A stretch of 64,000 nucleotides of DNA from Patescibacteria group bacterium (GCA_034718535.1 JAYEMX010000064.1:4328-68327), one strand, 5' to 3'. Shown: positions 9,779 to 20,456, counted from the first letter of the stretch. Numbers and translations are program-made. The notes: generated by a model from the sequence alone, not told the origin.

Positions 9779-10183
9779 TTAATTTACTTTTAAAAGAACC
9801 TCTCCTCCCAGATTATTTTTTATGGCTTGTTTAGCTTCCATAACACCCTTTGAAGTTGATAATATAACCATACCCCTACCTCTTATATAAACCGGAAGTT
9901 CTTTGATGTTAGCATAAATTCTGACTCCAGGTTTGGAAATTCTTTTTATTTGATTAATGGCTGATTTTTTGTGAATGTATTTTAGAGTAACTTTTAAGGT
10001 TTTTTGAGGAGCTTTATTTTCCAGTTTATAGTCTTTAATGTAACCTTTGTTTTTTAAAATTTTAAGAATACTTTCTTTTAGAATTGAATTGGGAATAGAA
10101 ACAGTTTTATGTTTAACTAATTTGGCATTTCTAATTCTGGTTAATAAGTCTGCAATTGGATCTGATAACATAATTTTTACCAA
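9779..10183 (-). CDS. rpsH: 30S ribosomal protein S8
   Basis: S8 family similarity ([13 protein letters not shown]). Confidence 0.92.
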   Translation of the reverse strand: MVKIMLSDPIADLLTRIRNAKLVKHKTVSIPNSILKESILKILKNKGYIKDYKLENKAPQKTLKVTLKYIHKKSAINQIKRISKPGVRIYANIKELPVYIRGRGMVILSTSKGVMEAKQAIKNNLGGEVLLKVN

Positions 10184-10362
10184 CTGGCTTTGGTAACTCC
10201 TGGTAATTCGCCTTTTTGGGCTAATTTTCTAAAACATAATCTACAAAGTCCAAAGTGTCTGATATAAGCTCTTGGTCGACCACAGAGCTGACAACGATTT
10301 TTTTTCCTTGAAGAAAACTTGGGTTTTCTTTTTTGTTTAGCAAAGTATTTAACTTTTGACAT
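10177..10362 (-). CDS. rpsN: 30S ribosomal protein S14, type Z (zinc-binding)
   Basis: 61 aa with CxxC...CxxC. Confidence 0.9.
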   Translation of the reverse strand: MSKVKYFAKQKRKPKFSSRKKNRCQLCGRPRAYIRHFGLCRLCFRKLAQKGELPGVTKASW

Positions 10363-10376
10363 ATGGTTGTTTTATA

Positions 10377-10922
10377 TTATTTTATTTTTTGAAAAGGCAT
10401 ACCGAAAAGCTCCAGTAGCCTTAAGGCAATCTTGTTATTATCGGTATTAGTAACAAAATTTATTTGCAGGCCTCGAATAGTGTCGATTGTATCATAATCG
10501 ACCTCTTGAAAGACAGTTTGATCATTTAATCCTATCGAATAGTTGCCTCGACCATCAAAAGAACTTTTGGAAACACCTTGAAAGTCTCTAACCCTTGGAA
10601 GAACAATTGATACAAATTTGTCAAAAAATTCATACATTTTTTTTCTTCTTAAAGTAACCTTAACTCCAATTGGGTCGTTTTTTCTAATTTTAAAGGCGGC
10701 TTCAGCCATTCTAGCTCTGGTAATGATGGCTTTTTGACCAGCGATAAGGCTAATATAGTCAGAGACTTTTTTGACTATACCTTTATCTCCGGCTCCTTCC
10801 TTTAAGCCAACATTAATAATAATTTTGGTAAGCCTTGGAACAGCCAAATCATTAGTTAAATTAAATTCTTTTTTTATGGTTTTGACTATTTGTTTTTGGT
10901 ATTTTTCTTTTAATCTATTCAT
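10377..10922 (-). CDS. rplE: 50S ribosomal protein L5
   Basis: L5 family similarity. Confidence 0.92.
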   Translation of the reverse strand: MNRLKEKYQKQIVKTIKKEFNLTNDLAVPRLTKIIINVGLKEGAGDKGIVKKVSDYISLIAGQKAIITRARMAEAAFKIRKNDPIGVKVTLRRKKMYEFFDKFVSIVLPRVRDFQGVSKSSFDGRGNYSIGLNDQTVFQEVDYDTIDTIRGLQINFVTNTDNNKIALRLLELFGMPFQKIK

Positions 10923-10928
10923 AATATT

Positions 10929-10976
10929 GTTAAGGTTCGGAACTAGAACTTCGGAAAGTTCACGAACCTTAGGTTA
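10929..10976. repeat. PAL element, canonical 48-mer gttaaggttcggaactagaacttcggaaagttcacgaaccttaggtta
   Basis: Identical to the copies at 12539 and 13606 (the 13606 copy lacks the 3' ggtta); ends 6 nt from the rplE ATG. Confidence 0.75.
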
Positions 10977-10982
10977 TATTTT

Positions 10983-11291
10983 TTATGATATATTTTGATG
11001 GCATTTTTTACAAATTCTAATTTTCTTTTTACCTTGGCCTTGATAACCCACTCTGGTAATTTTCTTACACTTTGGACAAATTAAAGCAACTTTTGAAACA
11101 TAAATCGGTTTAACCAGATCAATAATGCCACCTGGTTTTGATTCGCCTTGTGCCTTAAGGTGTTTTTTGTAGACATTGATCCCTGGAACTAAAACCATGT
11201 TTTTTTTGGGAAAGATTTTTTCAATTTTACCGGTTTTACCTTTATCTTTACCAAGAGTAACTTTGATGGTGTCGTTTACTTTTAATTTCAT
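10983..11291 (-). CDS. rplX: 50S ribosomal protein L24
   Basis: KOW-domain L24 family. Confidence 0.9.
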   Translation of the reverse strand: MKLKVNDTIKVTLGKDKGKTGKIEKIFPKKNMVLVPGINVYKKHLKAQGESKPGGIIDLVKPIYVSKVALICPKCKKITRVGYQGQGKKKIRICKKCHQNIS

Positions 11292-11662
11292 AATACCTCC
11301 GGTGCCTGAGAAGCAATTTTATTATAGCCAAGTTCTTTAATTTCTCTGGCTATCGGTCCAAAAATTCTAGTACCTTTTGGTTTTTTGTTTTCAATGTTTT
11401 CTAAAATAATAGCGGCATTATCGTCAAAACGAATATAGGAACCATCTTTTCTCGCAGTTTCTTTTTTAGTTCTAACAATGACTGCTTTAACTACTTCTCC
11501 GGACTTTATTTGAGCATGGGGTTGGGATTGAATAACAGAAGCAGTAACAATATCTCCCAAATGACCAAAACGTTTTTTTGAACCACCATGGACTAAGATA
11601 ACCCGTAGTTTTTTACCTCCGGAATTATCAGCAACTTTTAAGGTTGATCTTAATTGAATCAT
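11288..11662 (-). CDS. rplN: 50S ribosomal protein L14; start set at the internal Met MIQL
   Basis: L14 family similarity. Confidence 0.92.
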   Translation of the reverse strand: MIQLRSTLKVADNSGGKKLRVILVHGGSKKRFGHLGDIVTASVIQSQPHAQIKSGEVVKAVIVRTKKETARKDGSYIRFDDNAAIILENIENKKPKGTRIFGPIAREIKELGYNKIASQAPEVL

Positions 11663-11880
11663 ATAATTTCCCAACGTTTTTTCTTACTAATCGGCTTGGA
11701 TTCTTGAATAATAACTTTATCTCCCGGTTTTAGATTAGATTTTTGATTGTGAACCAAGTAGTTTTTTCTCTTGGTGATGATTTTTTTGTAAACGGGATGA
11801 GCCCATCTTCGGATAACTTGAACTTTAGCTGTTTTTTGCATTTTGACACTGATAACAGTGGCGGTTAGTTTTTTTTTCAT
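11659..11880 (-). CDS. rpsQ: 30S ribosomal protein S17
   Basis: S17 family similarity. Confidence 0.9.
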   Translation of the reverse strand: MKKKLTATVISVKMQKTAKVQVIRRWAHPVYKKIITKRKNYLVHNQKSNLKPGDKVIIQESKPISKKKRWEII

Positions 11881-11890
11881 AAAATAATGT

Positions 11891-11929
11891 GAAGGTTACG
11901 AACTCGAACTTCTCAAAGTTCGTAACCTT
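11891..11929. repeat. PAL element variant B (aaggttacgaact...agttcgtaacctt, 13-bp stem); overlaps the last 11 codons and stop of rpmC
   Basis: Palindrome read directly; the rpmC stop TAA lies inside the gtaacc arm. Confidence 0.65.
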
Positions 11930-12120
11930 GATTTCTCACCCATCAAAGTTTTGATGAGAGCAATTTGATAACGGGTTTTTTTAAGAATTGAGGTGTTTTT
12001 TAAAGTATTGGTTTTTATTTTTAGTTTTTGGTCGATTAAATCTTTTTTAAACTTAAGAAGATCGGTAGTTAATTCTTTGGTAGTTTTAGCTTGAAAAGCT
12101 TTTTTATCTTTTAAATTCAT
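11896..12120 (-). CDS. rpmC: 50S ribosomal protein L29 with a 3' extension ([12 protein letters not shown]) encoded by a PAL repeat
   Basis: L29 family similarity; the tail is colinear with the repeat. Confidence 0.85.
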   Translation of the reverse strand: MNLKDKKAFQAKTTKELTTDLLKFKKDLIDQKLKIKTNTLKNTSILKKTRYQIALIKTLMGEKSRLRTLRSSSS

Positions 12121-12530
12121 CTTATGATTTTTTTTATAAATTTGGTTTTCATGGGTAATTTTTGAGTAGCAAGTCTAAATGATTCGCGGGCAATACTTTC
12201 CTCTACTCCGGCCAGTTCAAAAATAACCCGACCCGGTTTGATAACACAAACATAGCCTTCAATTTCTCCTTTACCTCCACCCATACGGACACCTGCGCCT
12301 TTTTTAGTATAGGTTTTATCGGGGAAAACCCTAATCCAAAGTTTTCCAGTTCTTTTAGTATAATGGGTGATGGCTTTTCTGGCGGCTTCAATTTGTCTAT
12401 TAGTCATCCAACCCCTACCTATAGCCTTTAAGCCATACTCTCCAAAAGAGATTTTTGAACCAAGACTGGCATTGCCCTTCATAGAGCCTCTAAAATGCTT
12501 GCGGTATTTCATTCTTTTTGGTTGTAACAT
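12117..12530 (-). CDS. rplP: 50S ribosomal protein L16
   Basis: L16 family similarity. Confidence 0.92.
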   Translation of the reverse strand: MLQPKRMKYRKHFRGSMKGNASLGSKISFGEYGLKAIGRGWMTNRQIEAARKAITHYTKRTGKLWIRVFPDKTYTKKGAGVRMGGGKGEIEGYVCVIKPGRVIFELAGVEESIARESFRLATQKLPMKTKFIKKIIR

Positions 12531-12538
12531 AGTATAAT

Positions 12539-12586
12539 GTTAAGGTTCGGAACTAGAACTTCGGAAAGTTCACGAACCTTAGGTTA
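12539..12586. repeat. PAL element, canonical 48-mer; its 3' end supplies the last codons and TAA stop of rpsC and its 5' end lies 8 nt from the rplP ATG
   Basis: Identical 48-mer to the copy at 10929. Confidence 0.75.
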
Positions 12587-13235
12587 TTTCAAGTTCTCCT
12601 TTATAAACCCATACTTTGATGCCAACATAACCAAATTTGGTAAAAGCCGGTTTTTCAAAATAATCGATGTCTGCTCTGATAGTACTAAGAGGAACACTAC
12701 CTTTTGAGTATTTTTCGGTTCGACTGATTTCAGCTCCATTAATACGACCGGCCAAAGCAATTTTTATACCCTTGGCTCCACCAGTCATAGCTCTTTCCAA
12801 AGCTTGAGATACAGCTCTTCTGTGAGGATAACGTTTAGACATTTGATCGGCAATTCTCAAAGCAATTAACCTGGATGACAAATCCGGTTTCTTAACTTCA
12901 ACCACTTCCAGTTCAAATTTAGGAGCTTTTCCTTTCTTTTTATTTAATTCCAGTTTCTTAAGTAAAATCTTCTTTAACTCTTCGATTCCCGAACCGCCAC
13001 GGCCGATGACTACACCTGGTCTTGAAACATGAAGAGTAAATTTAATAGTGTTAATGGAGCGTTCGATTTTTACTTCGGTAATACCGGCAAGTTCAAGTTT
13101 TTTAAATAAAAATTTTCTTAATTGAATGTCTTCCAGTAAGAATTTTTTGTAATCTTCTTTAGTGGCAAACCAGTTACTTGACCAAGTATAAAGAGGTCCT
13201 ATTCTAAATGATTTTGGATGTACTTTTTGTCCCAT
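12579..13235 (-). CDS. rpsC: 30S ribosomal protein S3
   Basis: KH and S3-C domains. Confidence 0.92.
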   Translation of the reverse strand: MGQKVHPKSFRIGPLYTWSSNWFATKEDYKKFLLEDIQLRKFLFKKLELAGITEVKIERSINTIKFTLHVSRPGVVIGRGGSGIEELKKILLKKLELNKKKGKAPKFELEVVEVKKPDLSSRLIALRIADQMSKRYPHRRAVSQALERAMTGGAKGIKIALAGRINGAEISRTEKYSKGSVPLSTIRADIDYFEKPAFTKFGYVGIKVWVYKGELEIT

Positions 13236-13236
13236 A

Positions 13237-13602
13237 TTATTTTTTCTCTTTAGGCTTGATAGTTTTTTTTGGTTTATTTGACTTTAAAATTACTTTTATA
13301 TGACTGGTTCTTTTAAAAATTGAGTGAGCTCGACCGCGAGAAACCGGATTCCAGCGTTTGTAAGTAGCTCCTTCGTTTACTTCAATTGATTGAATTTCAA
13401 GAGAATCTTTGTTTAAATTTAAATTATTAACAGCATTGGCAATAGCCTGTTTGATGGTTTTCAAAAGTGGCTTGGCCGCTCTTTTTCTTAAGTAAGTTAA
13501 AGTATTAACGGCTTCGGTCAGACTCATGTTTCTGACTAAATCAGCCACTAGTCTAATTTTTCTTGGGCTGGTTCTGATAAATTTTGATTCTGCTTTGATC
13601 AT
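13237..13602 (-). CDS. rplV: 50S ribosomal protein L22
   Basis: L22 family similarity. Confidence 0.9.
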   Translation of the reverse strand: MIKAESKFIRTSPRKIRLVADLVRNMSLTEAVNTLTYLRKRAAKPLLKTIKQAIANAVNNLNLNKDSLEIQSIEVNEGATYKRWNPVSRGRAHSIFKRTSHIKVILKSNKPKKTIKPKEKK

Positions 13603-13605
13603 AAA

Positions 13606-13648
13606 GTTAAGGTTCGGAACTAGAACTTCGGAAAGTTCACGAACCTTA
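13606..13648. repeat. PAL element, canonical copy, 3 nt from the rplV ATG
   Basis: Identical to the 10929 and 12539 copies over the first 43 nt; lacks the 3' ggtta. Confidence 0.75.
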
Positions 13649-13656
13649 TGTTGTTT

Positions 13657-13941
13657 TTAAGTTTTAGTAATAGTTCTTTTAACCATTTTTCCGTGACCCC
13701 TAAAGGTACGGGTTGGAGCAAATTCTCCTAAACGATGACCAACCATGGCTTCATTAATAAAAACTTCTAAAAATTTATTGCCATTGTGAACCAGAAAAGT
13801 TTGACCGACAAAGTCTGGAGAGATTTGACTGGCTCTTGACCAGGTTTTAATAGGCTCTTTTTTGCCATCAGCTTTCATTTTAGCGATCTTTTTTAATAAT
13901 CGTTGATCTACGTATGGGCCTTTTTTATTTGATCTTGACAT
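13657..13941 (-). CDS. rpsS: 30S ribosomal protein S19
   Basis: S19 family similarity ([16 protein letters not shown]). Confidence 0.92.
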   Translation of the reverse strand: MSRSNKKGPYVDQRLLKKIAKMKADGKKEPIKTWSRASQISPDFVGQTFLVHNGNKFLEVFINEAMVGHRLGEFAPTRTFRGHGKMVKRTITKT

Positions 13942-13976
13942 ATATTTTGTTAATCACTCCGGAGTGATTAAAGTTT

Positions 13977-14807
13977 TTATTTTTTATTTCGTTTTTTAAT
14001 AATAAATTTATTTGAATATTTTTTCGGTTTTCTAGTTTTTTTACCAAGGGTCTTTTTACCCCAAGGGCTTAATGGTGATGGCATACCAATACCACTTCGA
14101 CCCTCTCCTCCTCCGTGGGGGTGAGAACCGGGATGTTGAGCCGTACCCCGAACAGCAGGTCTAAATCCTAAGTGGCGCTTTCTTCCAGCTTTGCCTAGTT
14201 TTATATTTTTAACATCTTGATTGCCAACCTCGCCGATTGTAGCATAACATTCCAAGGAAATTAAACGGACTTCTCCGGAAGGAAGTTTGACTATGGCTTT
14301 TTTATCTTTACCCTGAAGAATGGCGGCAGTTCCGGCCGATCTAACCATTTGACCTCCCTTACCTGGGGTAATTTCTAAATTGTGAATTAAACTTCCAACT
14401 GGAATTTTACTTAAAGGACAAGCATTTCCGGGCTTGATCGGAGCTTTTTCTCCAGAAATGATAGGTTGATTAATTTTTAGACCTTTTGGAGCCAGAATAT
14501 ATCTTTTTGCTCCGTCAATATAATGGAGTAAAGCAATGTTGGCACTTCTATTTGGATCGTATTCTATGGTAGCCACCTTAGCTTGGATATCTCTTTTATC
14601 TCTCTTAAAATCAATGACACGATATAGTCTTTTATGGCGACCACCTCGATGACGAACAGAAATTTTACCACTACTGTTTCTGCCAGCCTTGTAGTTAATT
14701 ATTTTGGTGAGGCTTTTTTGTGGTTTAGTGGTGGTGATTTCACTGCGAATAATATCTCGTCGATGACGTCTGCCCGGAGTAGTTGCTTTATAGGTTTTTA
14801 TTGCCAT
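13977..14807 (-). CDS. rplB: 50S ribosomal protein L2
   Basis: L2 family similarity (GGGEGR motif region). Confidence 0.92.
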   Translation of the reverse strand: MAIKTYKATTPGRRHRRDIIRSEITTTKPQKSLTKIINYKAGRNSSGKISVRHRGGRHKRLYRVIDFKRDKRDIQAKVATIEYDPNRSANIALLHYIDGAKRYILAPKGLKINQPIISGEKAPIKPGNACPLSKIPVGSLIHNLEITPGKGGQMVRSAGTAAILQGKDKKAIVKLPSGEVRLISLECYATIGEVGNQDVKNIKLGKAGRKRHLGFRPAVRGTAQHPGSHPHGGGEGRSGIGMPSPLSPWGKKTLGKKTRKPKKYSNKFIIKKRNKK

Positions 14808-14809
14808 AT

Positions 14810-15211
14810 TTATTTACCTTGAGTCCTTTGTTCTTTTCTTTTACCCAAACCCAATGACTTTTTTTTCTTGGATTTAGATTTTGGGGTTAATTTTACAGTA
14901 GGTTTTTTAATAGTGGTTTTTTCTTCCGGCAATTTAAAATACTCAATTACTTGGCCTGGTTTTAAAGTAATAATGGCTTTTTTCTGATCTGAAGTTTTTT
15001 TAGCAATTTTACTTTTACCCGATCTTTTAACTTTACCTGCCTTTTTTACAGTCCTAACTTTGATAACATTGACCTTGAAAAGTTCTTCGACAGCATGAGC
15101 AATGGCATTTTTACCGGCTGATTTTTTAACAAAAAAAGTAAATTGGCTTTTTTTGGCAAGTTTAAAAGATTTTTCAGTGATGGATGGTTTTAAAATAATA
15201 TCAAGAGACAT
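14810..15211 (-). CDS. rplW: 50S ribosomal protein L23 with a Lys-rich C-terminal tail of about 35 aa; start set at the internal Met MSLDI
   Basis: L23 core ...[14 protein letters not shown] followed by K-rich tail. Confidence 0.8.
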   Translation of the reverse strand: MSLDIILKPSITEKSFKLAKKSQFTFFVKKSAGKNAIAHAVEELFKVNVIKVRTVKKAGKVKRSGKSKIAKKTSDQKKAIITLKPGQVIEYFKLPEEKTTIKKPTVKLTPKSKSKKKKSLGLGKRKEQRTQGK

Positions 15212-15827
15212 GGTGTTCCTCAAAAGTTTTAAGTGATTTTTTGGTAAAGATAATTTGATTGGCATTTAAAAGATGATAGGTGTTTAGATTTTTGGCGGCG
15301 GTTAAACTAATATAAGTTAAGTTGTTAGTGGCTCTTTTTATAGATGTAAGGTTGGTAACAAGAATAATTTTTTGGGGAGATTTAAAAAGTTTGGTAAAAA
15401 TTTTATGGAATTTTTTAGTTTTGGGTTTTAGTTTTTCTAAACCGGTTATAGCCATAATTTTTTTGTCTTTTAATTGCTTAGTTAGGGCACTAAATAAGCT
15501 GGCACGTTTCATTTTCTTTGACAAAGTCAGTTTGTAATTTTGTTCACCGGTTGGCCCATGAGCTTTAGCTCCACCAACAAAAATGGGGGCATTTTTACTA
15601 CCGTGACGAGCTCGACCAGTGCCTTTTTGACGCCAAACTTTCTTTTTGGTAACTTTAATTTCTCCTCTCGACTTAGTTTTGGCAGAAGCCTGACGTTGAT
15701 TGGATAGATAAACCTTAATAGCTTGAGCCATTAAAGGTTGATTAATTTTAGCCCCAAAAATTTCTTTTTTAAGAGTAGTTTTTGTGGTTTTTTTGGTAGT
15801 GATGTTGTAGGTATTTATTGATGGCAT
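15201..15827 (-). CDS. rplD: 50S ribosomal protein L4
   Basis: L4 family similarity. Confidence 0.9.
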   Translation of the reverse strand: MPSINTYNITTKKTTKTTLKKEIFGAKINQPLMAQAIKVYLSNQRQASAKTKSRGEIKVTKKKVWRQKGTGRARHGSKNAPIFVGGAKAHGPTGEQNYKLTLSKKMKRASLFSALTKQLKDKKIMAITGLEKLKPKTKKFHKIFTKLFKSPQKIILVTNLTSIKRATNNLTYISLTAAKNLNTYHLLNANQIIFTKKSLKTFEEHHVS

Positions 15828-15830
15828 AGA

Positions 15831-16547
15831 TTACTGGGTATTTTTCTTTGGTTTAGGTTTATCATTTTTGGTTTTAGCCTTAGGTTTTTGATAAAGCTTG
15901 ATAGGGTTTTTTGAGTTTCCATATTTAGTGATTTTAAGTAAGGATTTAGTGTGGCCCGGAACCGTACCTTTGATGGTAAGAATATTAGTTTGATGATTAA
16001 CTTCTAAAACTTGAAGATTTTTAACTGTAACCGTATCTGTGCCAAATCTACCCGGCATTTTTTTACCCTTCCAAACACGACCCGGATCTGTTCCTGGACC
16101 AATAGAACCAATAGACCTTGGTCTGTCTGATTGTCCATGGGTTCTTGGTCCACCGGCAAAACCCCAACGCTTCATAACTCCGGCAAAACCTCTGCCTTTT
16201 GAGGTTCCGGAAATTTTGACTTTATCGTCCGGTTTTAAAGTATCCGAAACTTTAATTTGATCACCTACTTTTAAAGTTGGTTTTTCCAATACTTTAATTT
16301 CTCTGATAAATTTTGGAGGAGTTTTTAATTTAGCTTTTTTTAAGTGTTTTAAAAGCGCTTTTGATAAAGATTTTTTTGATTTTTTACCAAAAGCACATTG
16401 AACTGACCAATAACCGTCTTTTTTAAAAGATTTTATTTGAGTGACAGTTAGGGGGTTGGCCATGATTTTAGTTATTACCAAACGATTACCTTTATCATCA
16501 AAGGTTTGGGCAGTCTTTAATTTAGTGGCAAAAAATGTGTTAATCAT
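15831..16547 (-). CDS. rplC: 50S ribosomal protein L3
   Basis: L3 family similarity. Confidence 0.9.
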   Translation of the reverse strand: MINTFFATKLKTAQTFDDKGNRLVITKIMANPLTVTQIKSFKKDGYWSVQCAFGKKSKKSLSKALLKHLKKAKLKTPPKFIREIKVLEKPTLKVGDQIKVSDTLKPDDKVKISGTSKGRGFAGVMKRWGFAGGPRTHGQSDRPRSIGSIGPGTDPGRVWKGKKMPGRFGTDTVTVKNLQVLEVNHQTNILTIKGTVPGHTKSLLKITKYGNSKNPIKLYQKPKAKTKNDKPKPKKNTQ

Positions 16548-16553
16548 GGGGTT

Positions 16554-16862
16554 TTACATTCTAATTTCAATACCAACTCCGGCGGGCAGTTCCAGGTGCA
16601 TTAAACTATCTATAGTTTTGTCTGTAGAATCGATTATATCTACCAATCTTTTATGGGTAAGTAGTTGAAAGTGTTCTCTAGCATCTTTGTCCGCATGTGG
16701 GCTAGTGGTAACACAAACCAGTTTTCTTTTGGTTGGCAGAGGAATGGGTCCAATAACTTTAGCTCCGGTCGAAAGAGCGGTATCAAGTATTTTTTGGCAA
16801 CACTCATCTATGATCCTATGATCATAAGATTTTAATCTGATTCTGATTCTACCTTTTGGCAT
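16554..16862 (-). CDS. rpsJ: 30S ribosomal protein S10; start at the internal MPKGRIRIRL, not the extended ORF-track start
   Basis: S10 family similarity; upstream extension has no homology and covers leader repeats. Confidence 0.88.
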   Translation of the reverse strand: MPKGRIRIRLKSYDHRIIDECCQKILDTALSTGAKVIGPIPLPTKRKLVCVTTSPHADKDAREHFQLLTHKRLVDIIDSTDKTIDSLMHLELPAGVGIEIRM

Positions 16863-16940
16863 AATATAATAGTGACACGGTGACACATAGTGACACGGTT
16901 TTATCAAGATAAGAAGAGCCCGAAGGCTCGTCTTATTCAA
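16863..16940 (-). promoter_or_regulatory. Candidate S10-operon leader: 10-bp stem hairpin with UUCG tetraloop (aagacgagcc-uucg-ggcucuucuu), then three direct GUGUCAC repeats running up to the rpsJ AUG
   Basis: Read on the minus strand; in other bacteria this position holds the L4-responsive S10 leader. Confidence 0.35.
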
Positions 16941-16952
16941 ATTTTTAATTAT

Positions 16953-16996
16953 GTTAAGGTTCGGAACTTTTGAACACCTAAGAGTTCACGAACCTT
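16953..16996. repeat. PAL element variant, just 3' of the tuf stop
   Basis: gttaaggttcggaac...gttcacgaacctt arms. Confidence 0.65.
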
Positions 16997-17005
16997 GGTT
17001 TATAT

Positions 17006-18184
17006 TTATTTTAAGATCTTGGTAATAACACCGGCTCCGACAGTAAGTCCACCTTCACGAATAGCAAAGCGAAGACCTTCTTCTAAAGCAACTGGTTGAA
17101 TGAGTTTAGCGGTCATTTTAGCGCTGTCACCAGGCATAACCATTTCAACTCCCTTTGGTAAAATAACATCTCCGGTTACATCAGTAGTTCTGATATAAAA
17201 CTGAGGTTTGTATCCAGTAAAAAACGGAGTGTGGCGCCCACCTTCTTCTTTTGAAAGAATATAAATTTCCGCTTCAAACTCAGTAAAGGCTTTAACTGAA
17301 CCCGGTTTAGACAAAACCTGGCCCCTTTCAACGTCATCTTTTTCGACTCCGCGAAGAAGAATACCAACATTGTCACCAGCTTGACCATCTTCGAGTTGTT
17401 TTCTAAACATCTCGACTCCAGTAACAGTGGTTTTTTTAACCTTTTTTAAACCAATAATTTCGATTTCTTCACCGACTTTAATTTTACCCCTATCGATTCT
17501 ACCGGTAACGACTGTGCCTCTGCCTTTAATAGAAAAGACATCTTCAATCGCCATTAAAAAGGGTTTATCCAAATCTCTTTTTGGATCAGGAATATATTCA
17601 TCTAAAGCTTTCATGAGCTCTTCAATGGGTTTCTCAGCCTCGGCATCACCTTTCAAGGCTTTTAAGGCGCTACCTTTGATTATAGGAACATCTTTGCCTG
17701 GAAATTCGTATTTGGTTAAAAGTTCTCTGATTTCTTCTTCAACCAAATCAATCATTTCTTTGTCGTCTACCATGTCAACTTTGTTAAGGAAAACTACTAA
17801 AGCTGGAACATTAACTTGTTTGGCTAAAAGTAAATGTTCTCTGGTTTGAGGCATGGGGCCATCAGTAGCAGCGACGACTAAAATAGCACCGTCCATTTGA
17901 GCGGCACCGGTAATCATATTTTTAATGTAGTCTTTATGTCCCGGGCAATCGATATGAGCATAATGACGCTTATCTGTTTCATACTCTAAGTGAGAAATAG
18001 AAATGGTAATACCACGCTCTTTTTCTTCCGGAGAGTTATCAATCTCGTCAAATTTCATAGCATCTGCCATGTTCTTCTTTGCCAAATATTGAGTAATTGC
18101 GGCAGACAAAGTTGTCTTACCGTGATCGACATGACCAATGGTCCCGACGTTAAGATGGGGTTTGGTCCTTTTAAATGTTGCCAT
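17006..18184 (-). CDS. tuf: Elongation factor Tu
   Basis: [18 protein letters not shown] motifs; SD aaggagg upstream. Confidence 0.95.
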   Translation of the reverse strand: MATFKRTKPHLNVGTIGHVDHGKTTLSAAITQYLAKKNMADAMKFDEIDNSPEEKERGITISISHLEYETDKRHYAHIDCPGHKDYIKNMITGAAQMDGAILVVAATDGPMPQTREHLLLAKQVNVPALVVFLNKVDMVDDKEMIDLVEEEIRELLTKYEFPGKDVPIIKGSALKALKGDAEAEKPIEELMKALDEYIPDPKRDLDKPFLMAIEDVFSIKGRGTVVTGRIDRGKIKVGEEIEIIGLKKVKKTTVTGVEMFRKQLEDGQAGDNVGILLRGVEKDDVERGQVLSKPGSVKAFTEFEAEIYILSKEEGGRHTPFFTGYKPQFYIRTTDVTGDVILPKGVEMVMPGDSAKMTAKLIQPVALEEGLRFAIREGGLTVGAGVITKILK

Positions 18185-18247
18185 ACGGCCTCCTTTTTGT
18201 TTAATAGCTAGTTATTTATTCCTAGCAGTTTATATTTTAGCATAAAG

Positions 18248-18284
18248 TTAAGATTCCGAACACTGTTAGGTTGCGGAACCTTAT
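18248..18284. repeat. PAL element variant (gattccgaac...gttgcggaacc) in the fusA-tuf spacer
   Basis: Shares the ggttc(c)gaac core inverted arms. Confidence 0.55.
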
Positions 18285-18291
18285 GTTATTT

Positions 18292-20448
18292 TTATGCCTC
18301 TTTTTCAGATGTTAATGGATTTTGCTTTTTTATAATAGCTTGAGTAATATTTGCTGGAACTTCTTCATAATGAGATGGTTCCATGTAAAAACTGGCTCTA
18401 CCTTGAGTCATTGACCTTAAAATAGTGACATATTGAGTTAGTTCGGCCAAAGGAACAAGGGCGGTAATAATAGTGATTTTGCCTCTGACAGCCGTACCTT
18501 GAACTTGAGCTCTTTTAGCAGATAAATCCCCAATAATCTCTCCCATAAATTCTTCCGGTGTAGAAACCTCGACTTTCATGACCGGCTCTAACAAGATTGG
18601 GTCTGCTAATTTAACAGCTGCTTGAACCGCCATTGAACCGGCGATTTTAAAAGCAATTTCAGAGGAGTCGACATCGTGATAAGAACCGTCATAAACAATA
18701 ACTTTAACATCAACTAAAGGATAATTGGCTATGCAGCCGTTTTCTAAAGCTTCTTTGACGCCTTTGCCAACGGCTGGAATAAATTCTTTAGGAATACGAC
18801 CACCAACTACTTCTGAAACAAATTCAAAACCTTCACCGGGTTTTTTGGGTTCTATTTTCAATAGACAATGTCCATATTGACCACGACCGCCAGATTGCTT
18901 GATATATTTACCTTCGGCTTGGGCTTGCTTTTTGATAGTTTCTTTATAGGCAACTTGAGGTTGACCGGTATTGGCTTCGACACTAAACTCTCTTTTCATA
19001 CGATCGACTAGAATTTCCAAATGAAGTTCACCCATGCCGGAAATAATAGTTTGACCGGTTTCCGAATTACTTTTGATAGTAAAGGTTGGATCTTCTTCTG
19101 AAAGCCTTTTTAAGGCATAACCCATTTTTTCCTGATCGGCTTTGGTTTTTGGTTCAATAGATAGTGAAATGACGGGATCGGTAAAAGTAATTCCTTCAAG
19201 AATAATCGGATTATCAGCATCACAAAGAGTATCTCCGGTAGTGGTTTTTTTAAGCCCAACTACAGCAACGATTTCACCGGCAGAAGCTTGATCTATTTCT
19301 TCTCTGGTATTGGCGTGCATTAAAAGAAGTCGACCAACACGTTCTTTTTCTTGTTTAGTAGAGTTGGTAACATAACTACCTGACTTGAGAATTCCCGAAT
19401 AAACACGAATATAGGTAAGGCGGCCAACGTGAGGATCGGTTTGAACTTTGAAAGCTAAGGCGGAAAATGGAGCATCTTTTGTGTTAGACCTAATTTCTTC
19501 TTTATCTGTTTTTGGATTAGTACCCTTAATATCTTTAACATCAACTGGGCTTGGAAGGTAATTAACAACAGCATCTAGTAAAGGTTGAACTCCTTTATTT
19601 CTTAGTGAAGAACCGGCAAAAACCGGAACCACTTTATAGGCTAAAGTGGCTTTTCTTAAGACTTTTTTAAGTTCATTTACGGTTGGTTCTTTTCCTTCAA
19701 GAAATTTTTCCAATAGTTTATCATCGTGTTCACTAATTTGTTCGATAAGAAGGTTTCGATACTTTTTTACTTCATCTTTCATATCTTCCGGAATATTAGT
19801 TTCTTGATATTTAGCGCCGGTTTCGTCAGATTTCCAAATTAAAGTTTTTTGGTCAAGAAGAAGAACAACTCCTTTAAAAGAAGATTCAGCACCAATTGGG
19901 AGAGTCATAATAAGGGGATTAGCCCCAAGCCGTTCTTTAATGTCATTAACTGTGGCTAAAAAATTGGCTCCCAGTTTGTCCATTTTATTGACAAAACAAA
20001 GTCTGGGAACATTATATTTATTGGCTTGATGCCAAACAGTTTCAGATTGAGATTGAACTCCTTCTTCAGCATCTAAAACAGTAATTCCTCCATCTAAAAC
20101 TCGGAGGGATCTTTCGACTTCAGCGGTAAAATCAACGTGTCCGGGGGTATCAATGATATTAATTCTGTGCTCAACTTGATCAACGGCACCTTTTCTGGTT
20201 GGGGTCCAAAAAGTGGTGGTGGCGGCTGACATGATAGTGATACCTCTTTCTTTTTCCTGTTCCATCCAGTCCATTTGAGTGTCGCCATCATCAATATTCC
20301 CAATTTTATATGATTTACCGGTATAAAATAAAATACGTTCTGTGGTGGTGGTTTTTCCAGCATCAATATGGGCAATAATGCCAATATTCCTGATTTTATC
20401 AAGAGATATGTTTTTTTTATTGGTATTATTTGGTTGTTTATCTGCCAT
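18292..20448 (-). CDS. fusA: Elongation factor G; start at MADKQ
   Basis: [10 protein letters not shown]-domain and EF-G domains II-V. Confidence 0.93.
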   Translation of the reverse strand: MADKQPNNTNKKNISLDKIRNIGIIAHIDAGKTTTTERILFYTGKSYKIGNIDDGDTQMDWMEQEKERGITIMSAATTTFWTPTRKGAVDQVEHRINIIDTPGHVDFTAEVERSLRVLDGGITVLDAEEGVQSQSETVWHQANKYNVPRLCFVNKMDKLGANFLATVNDIKERLGANPLIMTLPIGAESSFKGVVLLLDQKTLIWKSDETGAKYQETNIPEDMKDEVKKYRNLLIEQISEHDDKLLEKFLEGKEPTVNELKKVLRKATLAYKVVPVFAGSSLRNKGVQPLLDAVVNYLPSPVDVKDIKGTNPKTDKEEIRSNTKDAPFSALAFKVQTDPHVGRLTYIRVYSGILKSGSYVTNSTKQEKERVGRLLLMHANTREEIDQASAGEIVAVVGLKKTTTGDTLCDADNPIILEGITFTDPVISLSIEPKTKADQEKMGYALKRLSEEDPTFTIKSNSETGQTIISGMGELHLEILVDRMKREFSVEANTGQPQVAYKETIKKQAQAEGKYIKQSGGRGQYGHCLLKIEPKKPGEGFEFVSEVVGGRIPKEFIPAVGKGVKEALENGCIANYPLVDVKVIVYDGSYHDVDSSEIAFKIAGSMAVQAAVKLADPILLEPVMKVEVSTPEEFMGEIIGDLSAKRAQVQGTAVRGKITIITALVPLAELTQYVTILRSMTQGRASFYMEPSHYEEVPANITQAIIKKQNPLTSEKEA

Positions 20449-20456
20449 AGGGCAAT

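Noticed and set aside
16863-16940. N-terminal extension of rpsJ in the ORF track (MNKTSLRALL..., non-ATG start), and similar extensions for fusA, hrcA, ruvX, rplN and rplW
   Set aside because: Extensions lack homology, cover regulatory repeats or REP elements, and conserved N-termini begin at internal Met codons.
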